A DNA stretch of 63,219 bases, the filler included, from Octopus bimaculoides (Eukaryota): NCBI RefSeq assembly GCF_001194135.2. It is 6 parts of 5 records of this genome, joined end to end, with 100 filler letters (N's around TTAATTAATTAA, not from the genome) between each part and the next. Parts side by side here need not be neighbours in the genome. Positions count along the whole stretch, not along the records: positions 38,863 to 55,118 come from NC_069000.1; positions 55,219 to 63,219 come from NW_026361056.1; 4 more parts are not named here. One strand, 5' to 3'. Below the pieces are notes generated by a model. It was not told the origin of the DNA. It was given only the letters and a program-made list of their open reading frames with translations, and searched no databases. Position 1 is the stretch's first letter; each line of letters begins with the position of its first letter. Both the position numbers and the translations under genes were made by a program. Shown one piece after another: positions 53,245-63,219 of the stretch.

Positions 53245-55416
53245 CCAGATATATATCTATGTATATACGCACATACACATATGCTTATATACGTATATAT
53301 ATACATATATATGTACACTATATAAATCTTCAGTTCATACAGATATTTCCTTTAATCCGCATTAGCCATCACGATACAGACATATTCCAACAACAATACA
53401 AGAATTGGTCCATCACCCTCACCGTATAATATACTGCCATTAATAATGTAGAACATTAACAACAATAACAACAACTCTTGAATCATACTATCATCATTAT
53501 GGTGATCAACAGAAATATTAACTATCGTCTTATCCTTAATGTATGGATATTTTTTTCATCGTCATAAGCATTTGACGTTAATCATGTGGAGAAACGCTGT
53601 TTTATTAAATACCTTCAATACATTTTGTTCATGCCATCTTTATCTTCTTCTCTCCTCCTTTTTGCTTGCTGATATTCTTTGAAGACTGACAATAATTCCG
53701 CTTACGACTTCAATTACTCCCTACTTTTTTTTTTCCTTTTTCCTAATCATGAGGAATCTGTCGTCTGCTTCAGTGATTATGAAAGCGCTTTGTTCTCAAT
53801 TGTACAAGTTGCCCATCCCCGCTTTCCTTGCTATAACTAATGTCAACCACCTATATTATATATTATTGCTCACATAAATCCTTGCCTCACCGTACTGTCT
53901 TTTTCATTAGTAATCTGTTGATTTAGCTGATTGGCTCACTCTCTCTCCGCACTCCTCACTCGCAATCTTTTTCTCCCTCCCGCTTTCTCTTCCCCTCGCT
54001 CTTCCCTCTCTCTCATTTCTCTTTGACCGTCTGTTTGGCTGTGTGTCTTTTTGCATGGCTGACTGCCAGTTGTGCTAATTTCTTTCGCGTGTTCGTTTAT
54101 ATGCATACACCCATATGGATATGTATATGTATACGAGTGCATACACCTTCCACACAGACAAAAATTATTTGTATGCATGGAGACATGTACGTATATGTGT
54201 ATGTGTGTATATATATACATACACACACTTGTATATATATATATATATATACACTGCTGTACTCGCACTTTTAAATTAAAAAAAACAAAAGTTTTTATAA
54301 AGTAGTTAAAATTATCAAATTATAGTATTTTAACTTCTACCATGGACATCTAGGGCTATTAATTAGCACATATTTTAAATTGGAAATTGAACCTTTATAA
54401 AATATATTCCTGATCTCTCACCTTTACATTTAATCTACTTGTGATAAATAGGATTTAAAATCTACTCCATAGAAGATATTCTTTCACACCACCTCTGCTA
54501 TTGCTGTTAGTTTCTCAATATGTATCTTAACCCTATATAGCTTATAAGAATAGAAAATTTTCATACGTTTTTACGTTATTTAATGCTTGACTTTAAAAGA
54601 ATCATTGTTAGTGTTGTTATTACATTATTCCAGGGCTTACAGCAATAGTGTCTTGTTTATTTTGTATTTTTTACTTAAATAAATATAATCCTTATGCCCA
54701 AAATTAATCTAATCCTTATTCAATTAATATTTTTTAATTAGCCCATGTTAATCTTGAAACAAATCCATGACTAATGAAACTTTTAATCAATCATCAGGTT
54801 CCTGTATTGGATGTCCTTGTTAATTCCTAATATCCTTTTTCTTTTTCTGTCCCTTAAACCTTAGTAAACCCATAAACTAATATAAATTCTATACTAATTT
54901 GTCTTCACATTATAAAAATAAAGCTTAAAGTTTATGTGTCTTCTAAATAGTATTATTATATATATCAGCTAAAATTTTAAAATAATTTTTTTAAATAATT
55001 CAAAGTAATTTTCATGAACCCAATATACTTAATATCCTTAGACTTTACACCTTATCTATAGCCTCTGAATTCAATACTGACATTACTTCATACTTTTTAT
55101 TTTATTAGCATACCTCTTNNNNNNNNNNNNNNNNNNNNNNNNNNNNNNNNNNNNNNNNNNNNTTAATTAATTAANNNNNNNNNNNNNNNNNNNNNNNNNN
55201 NNNNNNNNNNNNNNNNNNAATAATAATAATAATAATAATAATAATGATAATAATAACAATGATGATAGTAATAATAATGATAATAATATAAGATATGAAA
55301 AATATTACAAAAACAAAAAAAATTATAAAACAGAAGAAAAAGAGAAAAATAAAAGAAAATCGGATTAAATCAATGCTAATTGCTAATTATGGTATCAGTC
55401 TTTTTCAGCCATTCCT

Positions 55417-55448
<32 letters not shown>

Positions 55449-55502
55449 TCGTTGTTTCTTTCACCTTGTTTATTTTTGTTTGTTTCATTATATAAGGATT
55501 TA

Positions 55503-55535
<33 letters not shown>

Positions 55536-55912
55536 GTGTGTGCATGTGTGTATGTGTGTCTGTGAGATTGGAGTGTGCATGTGTGTGTGTGTCTGTGCGA
55601 GTGTTCATGTGTGTGTATGTGTGTGTATGATAGTTATGTGATGTGTGTTGAGACAGCTGGCAGACGAGAAATACAGGTTTGTGTGAAATGTAGAGGCGTG
55701 AATCGGTGAAGAGGGGAAGGTAACTGGTATGTCGTAATGTAAGTAGTGGTTGTGGAAGGGAAAAAACAAACGGACTAGAGATCGATTGATGGATATACAT
55801 AGACAGACACATAAATAGATAAACAGATTGATAGACAGACAAACAGAAGGACAGAAAGATAGATAGACAGACAAACAGAAGGACAGACAGACAGATAGAT
55901 AGATAGATAGAC

Positions 55913-55982
<70 letters not shown>

Positions 55983-56669
55983 GGGCCTTTCCTTTTATCA
56001 GTTATTTTAAAACTTATTTTGTTGCCAAACTCTTATTCAATTTACCATAAAACGCAGTATAAAAATCTGCGTTTTAAGAGCATTTCCTCTCTTCACTAAT
56101 TTCGAAAAGGTATTCAGTGTAATAATATTTGTTTTATAGGGAAAATTTATTCATAAAAATGCATTTAATATCCTGCTGAATTCTAACCTTTACGCATTTT
56201 AGCAGACATTCCGTATGCTGTTTTACTAAGANNNNNNNNNNNNNNNNNNNNNNNNNNNNNNNNNNNNNNNNNNNNNNNNNNNNNNNNNNNNNNNNNNNNN
56301 NNNNNNNNNNNNNNNNNNNNNNNNNNNNNNNNNNNNNNNNNNNNNNNNNNNNNNNNNNNNNNNNNNNNNNNNNNNNNNNNNNNNNNNNNNNNNNNNNNNN
56401 NNNNNNNNNNNNNNNNNNNNNNNNNNNNNNNNNNNNNNNNNNNNNNNNNNNNNNNNNNNNNNNNNNNNNNNNNNNNNNNNNNNNNNNNNNNNNNNNNNNN
56501 NNNNNNNNNNNNNNNNNNNNNNNNNNNNNNNNNNNNNNNNNNNNNNNNNNNNNNNNNNNNNNNNNNNNNNNNNNNNNNNNNNNNNNNNNNNNNNNNNNNN
56601 NNNNNNNNNNNNNNNNNNNNNNNNNNNNNNNNNNNNNNNNNNNNNNNNNNNNNNNNNNNNNNNNNNNNA

Positions 56670-57033
56670 ACAGAAGTGACTCAAAAAATGGCACCCAGAG
56701 AGCCTGAGCTGAGACTCCCTTCGGTCATGACTGACCATGGGATTGCACCTAGAAAGTTACCCTCCCAGGCACAAGTCCGGGCAAGGTTGTTTATCGAAGA
56801 CCAGCAGTCGCCCATGCATACCGGTCTCTCCTCTCCACGCCACCAGTGTTATCCAAGGGAAAGGCAAAGGGGCCTATACAACTTGGGCACCTGTGACGTC
56901 GCAACTCATTTCTACAGCTGAGCGAACTGGAGCAACGTGAAATAAAGTGTCTTGTTCAAGAACACAACACGCAGCCCGGTCCGGGGAAACGAACTCACAA
57001 CCTCACGATCGTAAGCTCGACCCAGAGAACCAC
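56670..57033 (-). mobile_element. tRNA-derived SINE family C with CORE-like domain
   Basis: Minus strand ...GTGAGTTCGTTTCCC (B box)...GTGTTCTTGAACAAGACACTTTATTTCACGTTGCTCCAG...CAGCTGTAGAAATGAG, resembling CORE-SINE central motifs. Confidence 0.7.
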
Positions 57034-57339
57034 TGTTGGTATTAAACCAGTTGACAAATTTTATCTGACACTTATGTAGACCATAACGAAATTTGAACTT
57101 AAAATACAAAGAGCTGTAGGAGATTCACAAGATATTTGCCTGCATATTCTAACACTTGCAATTGGCGTGTATCCACATATTTGGCATTATATTCATCAAT
57201 CTTGGAAGCGTGCAGTGCAAAATTATATCTGGAAGCGGTTTGAACTCAGGAGAAAAAGGAACCAGAACAAATACGTCAATACATTTCGTCCAACGCTCTA
57301 TCGATTCAGCCAATTCACCGCGTTAAGCTTGATGATGGT

Positions 57340-57720
57340 GATAGTGGTGGTGGTGGTGGTGGTGGTATTGGTGGTGGGAGCTGTAATGATACGTAGAGGT
57401 TATGATAATAGCGATGGCGGTTGTAGTAGCTGTGGTGGTGGTACTTTAGGTGTTATGTTACGTAGATATTATGGTGGTGGCAGCGGCGGCGGGGGTGGTG
57501 GTTGTCATGAAGGTGGCGACGGTGGTTGTGATGTTATCGCAGAAATGTGGCGGTGGTGATAGTGGTGGTGGTGGTGGTGGTGGTGGTGTGTGGTAGCTGT
57601 AATGTTACGTAGATGTTATGGTGCTAGTGGTGATGGTGATGATGATGGCCGTTGTGGTGGTAGCGACGGTTGTTAAGGTTTTAGGTGTAATGTCACATCG
57701 AAGTTATGGTGGTGGTGGTG
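57340..57720. repeat. Degenerate minisatellite: conserved ~22-nt core with (GGT)n spacers
   Basis: TGTAATGTTACGTAGATGTTATG-like core at ~57381, 57450, 57597 and 57685, with a weaker copy at ~57528. Confidence 0.7.
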
Positions 57721-58383
57721 GTAGTGTTGGTGGCAACGGTAATGGTGGAAGTGATGATATGAATGCATGGTAGTAGGGAGGGGTTTCATTAATCTTGACG
57801 CTGGTGTTGGTAGAATCAGTGGTGACATCTCTGATAAGACGAAAGAATATAGGAACATAAAAAAAAAAAACGGGTTTGAGAAGTGGTTGAGGAATGATAG
57901 TAGCTGCCGTTGCATGACGCGATCCTGTGATGTTTTTAGACGGAAGGGCAAGACACACTCTTCTTTACTGACACCACGCCAATACCAATACTAATAATAC
58001 AATAATATTACCCATCAGCCCATTTCCATATTGCTTCATGCACTATGCTACATACTTCTCCCAACAAATCTGTCTGCTTACAACATACAAATAATAACAA
58101 TAAAAATAAACGAAGAGAAAATAAGAGGAAATTGTGATATAAAAAAGATATTAATTTATTTAGAAACGAATGAAAATTTGAGAATAATAGTAAAAAAAAA
58201 TTTAAATAGCTAAATATGTAAAAATGTGTTGTAAAAAAAAAACGGAAAAATGATGGGCAATTATAATGATGTTAAATAAACAATGACAACAACAAACATG
58301 AATGCAACGACAAGAAGAAGAAGAAGAGTGTCAACAGTAAACAAGTAATTAGGAAGAATACTAAGTTGAATAAAATCAAACGA

Positions 58384-58417
<34 letters not shown>

Positions 58418-59213
58418 GCGAATATATACATATACATATATATGTATATATGTATACATACATGAATACATACATACCTACATACATACATACATATATA
58501 CATACACACACATGCATGTGCAACCACACAGACAGAAATACGCACACATGTCGTCATCACTAACAGCAGCATCAAAGGTAAGGACTGCAGAGGAGGGTAA
58601 ATAAGAAGACAAGACCAGTATGAACAACAAGAACGACAACTGCAAAAATACGAACAAAGAAAAGTAAAAAAAAAACAAACAAAGAAACAAATAATATCTA
58701 TGAACAAAAACAACAATTATTTGCAATAACATACACACTGGGAAGATAATAATCTAAAAGAAAAAAAAAGAAAATGCAAGAATGAAAAAGAATAAACTAT
58801 AGCAAAGACATTTGGAAGAAAAACAGAGAAGATCAAAACACCTCCTGCCCAACCCCTCCACCGCCAAATAAAATCAAATAAAGCGAAGAGTAAAGGACCC
58901 GACTATTATACACTTAGTAAACAACAGTATCTGCTACATAAAATCACACGCACACGCACACACACAAGAAACATCGACAAATAAAGCTGAATATATATAT
59001 ATAAAAAAAAAATGAAAATAAGATATAACGGAAATATATTACGAATTAGCGGAATTAGACCTTGGAAATTAGCAAATTGAGAAGAATTTGTAATCCGATT
59101 AAAAAAGTTATTGGAGAATATAAAAAAAAACGTATGAGAAAATATACAAAAAATGTCTACGTTACATTAGTATGCTACAAAAACTCTCAAATGTCCAATT
59201 ACAAATTCTCTTA

Positions 59214-59260
<47 letters not shown>

Positions 59261-59795
59261 GTATGTGTGTGTGTGTATGTGTGTGTGTATGAATACATAT
59301 ACGTATATATATATATGTATATNNNNNNNNNNNNNNNNNNNNNNNNNNNNNNNNNNNNNNNNNNNNNNNNNNNNNNNNNNNNNNNNNNNNNNNNNNNNNN
59401 NNNNNNNNNNNNNNNNNNNNNNNNNNNNNNNNNNNNNNNNNNNNNNNNNNNNNNNNNNNNNNNNNNNNNNNNNNNNNNNNNNNNNNNNNNNNNNNNNNNN
59501 NNNNNNNNNNNNNNNNNNNNNNNNNNNNNNNNNNNNNNNNNNNNNNNNNNNNNNNNNNNNNNNNNNNNNNNNNNNNNNNNNNNNNNNNNNNNNNNNNNNN
59601 NNNNNNNNNNNNNNNNNNNNNNNNNNNNNNNNNNNNNNNNNNNNNNNNNNNNNNNNNNNNNNNNNNNNNNNNNNNNNNNNNNNNNNNNNNNNNNNNNNNN
59701 NNNNNNNNNNNNNNNNNNNNNNNNNNNNNNNNNNNNNNNNNNNNNNNNNNNNNNNNNNNNNNNNNNNNNNNNNNNNNNNNNNNNNNNNNNNNNNN

Positions 59796-59821
<26 letters not shown>

Positions 59822-59833
<12 letters not shown>

Positions 59834-60040
59834 ATATCTTTGTGTGTCTGTGTTTGTCCCCGCAACATCGCTTGATAACCGATACTGGTATGTTTATGTC
59901 CCTGTAACTTAGCGGTTCGGCAAAAGAGGCCGATAGAATAAGTACTAGGCTTATAAAGAATACGTCCTGGGGGCGATTTGCTCGACTAAAGGCGGTGCTC
60001 CAGCATGGCCGCAGTTAAATGACTGAAACAAGTAAAAGAG
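59822..60040 (+). mobile_element. SINE family A, 3' half (5' half probably lost in or absent at the gap)
   Basis: GTGTCTGTGTTTGTCCC...TAAAGGCGGTGCTCCAGCATGGCCGCAGTTAAATGACTGAAACAAG. Confidence 0.85.
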
Positions 60041-60722
60041 TATATATATATATATATATTTATGTATACGAACGTACAAAACCACAAACACGTTATGTAA
60101 ATTCATACATATACCGTCATGGCAACGTGCGGAAACGTGCACACACGCACATACTAGCAGACAGAACAGCGTTTGCATAGGCAAAGCGGATAGAGAATGC
60201 GTAACACATGGATCTCACAGAGATTCTTTATTGTTACCAATTTACCCAGAGTTTCTTGGTACGAATGATCCTTAAAGATACAGAATGGATCGCCTGAATC
60301 CTGAATGTTCCTGTTTCATTCTCACTGTTTCTCTAACTCTCTCTTTCTCTTACGACTCTCTCTTTCTCTTTCTCTCTCTATGTATGTATGTATGTATCTC
60401 TGTCTGTCTGTCTGTCTGTCTCTCTCTATATATATACATATAGTTGGAATATACAAAAAAAAAAAAAAAATACGAAGGCAGGTGTATAAGTAACAAACAG
60501 GTGTATTAGTTTAACGTTCAGAAAGATGAGAAAGTCTTNNNNNNNNNNTTTCGATCCTACGCTCTTCAACAGAAAGGAACACGTATTGAAAGTGTTTTGC
60601 GTAGGATGTGTGCAGTGCCCAGTAGTGCAATTTTCTGTATGTTATATATATTTGTATATATATTTGTATGTTATATATATTTGTATGTTATATATATTTG
60701 CATATATTATTATTATTATTAC

Positions 60723-60754
<32 letters not shown>

Positions 60755-61254
60755 GGTTTACAATCGTCTCACAAAAATACCCAATAGAAGATCCTTCAAA
60801 ACTATAACTCCCAAAATTATGTGATGGTAATTTATAGACTGACACCAACAGAATAATTTCTCCCATACACACGAACCAAAATTTACAAAAATGCAGAAAA
60901 TTTGGCGGAGAAAATGGATGAATATTTATTATTGGTTGCTATTTCTAGCACGCCGAAGGGCCATGTAAAGAATCTCCTCGCGTACACAAGCTTCTTATAG
61001 TTTCAGCTGTTGATTCTAAAGTTCTTGTTATTGTTCTTGCCGGATTTTGTTGTTGTTGTCGTTGTTGTTGTTGTTTTCTTCTGTAGTCCTAATCTCCCGA
61101 ATTATTGTTTCTTTTTGTCTTGTTAACATTTTACTGACATTTCCCTTAGTCACCTTTCATTAGTTAGCGAAGTCAAAATCCCTGTTTCTGCCTTCCCCAG
61201 TCACCCACAGTCTGGCACCAGCATCACCGCTACCACCATCGCCTCCACCAATCC

Positions 61255-61520
61255 TCCCACCACCACCACCACCACCACCGTCGTCATCGTCATCATCATT
61301 ATCATCGTCGTCATCATCATCATCATTCCCTTTTTGTTGTTGCTTGTCTCCTTTTTGTTGTTATCCTCCCCCTCCCCCTCCTCCTCCTCCCACTCATCCC
61401 CTCCTCATTCTCCCACCTTCTCCCCTCTCTGTTCCCCTTCTTCTCTGTTCTTCCCCTCCTCTTCTCTGTCTGTTCGTCGTCGTCGTCATCGTCATCGTCG
61501 TCGTCGTCGTCCTCTCCTCC

Positions 61521-61551
<31 letters not shown>

Positions 61552-62089
61552 CTTCTTCTTCTTCTTCTTCTTCTTCTTCTTCTTCTTCTTCTTCTTCTTC
61601 TTCTTCTTCTTCTTCTTCTTCTTCTCCTTCTCCTCCTCCTCCTCCTCCTTCTTCTTCTTCTTCTTCCATTTTTTTTAGTCAATCATATTTCTTTCAATTT
61701 ACTCATTTGTACGTTGTACGTTATTATTCTTGTTTTTATATTTTAGTTTAAAATTAAAATGAAGAGAAAAGAAATTAAAAGAAAACAAAAACATTTTAAA
61801 CGGAAAAAATATAACAAGAAATTTCATAATCATAACAATAATATAAATATTGGTGATAATAAAAATAATAATAATAATGATGATGATGATGATGATGATG
61901 ATGACGCTGATGAATCATGATGATGTGTTGATAGTGATGATGATGATGGTGGTAGTGGTGGTGGTGGTGCTGCTGCTGATGGTGGTGATGGAAAAGAAGT
62001 CGGAGAAAAAGATGATGAAGAAGAAAAAGAAGTTAAAGATAAAGAAGAAAAGGAACAACAGTAAAAAGATGAGCGATAATGACGATGAC

Positions 62090-62132
<43 letters not shown>

Positions 62133-62331
62133 TAGGCGATGGACAAAGAGGAGAAGGGAAAAGAAGAAAACGATGAAAAGAAGGAGAGCTAAAAAGACAA
62201 TGAAGAAGAGAAAGGACGAAGAAATAGGAGGAGAAAGAAAAAGAGAGAAAGAAGTACGAAGATGAAGGAGTAGAAGAGTTAAAAGAAGAAAAAGGACAAG
62301 TTGAAGTGGTAGTAATAGTAGTAGCAGCAGC

Positions 62332-62404
<73 letters not shown>

Positions 62405-62405
62405 T
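61255..62405. repeat. Cluster of trinucleotide microsatellites (CAC, CAT, CGT, CTT, GAT, AAT, AGT)
   Basis: Directly visible; source of the poly-R/E/F/S/M/D/Y ORFs. Confidence 0.95.
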
Positions 62406-62798
62406 GATATGAGTAGCGGTCTCTGAAGAGAAAACAGATGTTTTAAAAGAAAAGAAAACGATAAAATAACAAACAATAAAATTCAGATATGAAAAAAACC
62501 AAAGAAAAATACAACGAATAACTCAAACTTCAAAGTGAAAGTAAATTGCAATGAATGACACATATATGTTACGAAGTTACGCACGTCACATCTGTATGCA
62601 TATACACACATATGCACGTATGTACGAACAAACGTACGCACAGATGAGCACAGAAAAAGAACAACAGCAAGAATAACAGCCAACAACAATAACAAGAGCA
62701 CAAAATTCAACGACCTACAACTAAGTACAAAACAATAAACATTAACACACTAGCAGAGTTCAAGTGATTCGGCAAACAGGAGTTGATTGGGTGTGGGG

Positions 62799-62836
<38 letters not shown>

Positions 62837-63184
62837 GTGGCAGGAGAAGAGTAAGAAAAAAGAAGAGGAGCGGAGTAGGAGGGGAGGAAATGGAGAGAAG
62901 ATGGTGAGGCTGGTAAAAATAAAAAGAGCAACTCAATAAACAAAACAAAACGAAAGCAAAAAAAAACGAAAAATATATTAAAAAATTGCAGCGATAATAA
63001 AACAAGTTTGAATTACTGATCAAAATAATTTGTAAGAGTTAAAGGAGGAAAAGACAAAAAATTTAGTGAGTAACATATTGCCGCCTCTCCCATTAGAACA
63101 ACAACAACAACAACAACAACAATGATAATAATAATAATAATAATAACAACAGCAATAATAATAACAACATCAACAACAACAATA

Positions 63185-63219
63185 ATAATCCTTTCTACAA
63201 TAGGCACAAGGCCTGAAAT
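63185..63219 (-). mobile_element. Probable 3' tail of SINE family B at the window edge
   Basis: Minus strand ATTTCAGGCCTTGTGCCTATTGTAGAAAGGATT followed by an (ATT/GTT)n tail; resembles the family B tails at 33682 and 41750. Confidence 0.4.

Noticed and set aside
57340-57720. CRISPR-like repeat-spacer appearance
   Set aside because: Eukaryotic context, low-complexity spacers, degenerate repeats, no cas genes.
57704-57835. Minus-strand acceptor plus Pro-rich terminal frame
   Set aside because: The Pro run comes from (GGT)n repeats and there are no partner exons.

Overview
AT-rich, microsatellite-saturated, gap-ridden eukaryotic genomic DNA. The repeat families and simple-repeat load suggest a coleoid cephalopod such as Octopus (inferred, not proven). 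Almost all ORFs in the supplied track are microsatellite or N-gap artefacts. Supported content: (i) a dense transposon graveyard of Penelope-like retroelements (PLEs) from two groups, mariner/Tc1 relics, a Ty3/Gypsy RT fragment, LINE 3' ends, three tRNA-derived SINE families and MITE/fold-back palindromes; (ii) two phase-compatible candidate exons (42195-42308, 43534-43730) of an unidentified + strand gene; (iii) the most interesting signal, seven type I hammerhead-ribozyme (HHR) motifs, intact or decayed, most of them in PLE-type direct/inverted terminal-repeat architectures. These include a ~350-nt retrozyme-like unit, a head-to-head HHR pair, a recurrent non-canonical C.A at the base of helix II, and HHRs with a 54-59 nt enlarged helix II. 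Folds were judged by eye and activity is untested. Element ends are approximate unless defined by TIRs, TSDs or splice sites.
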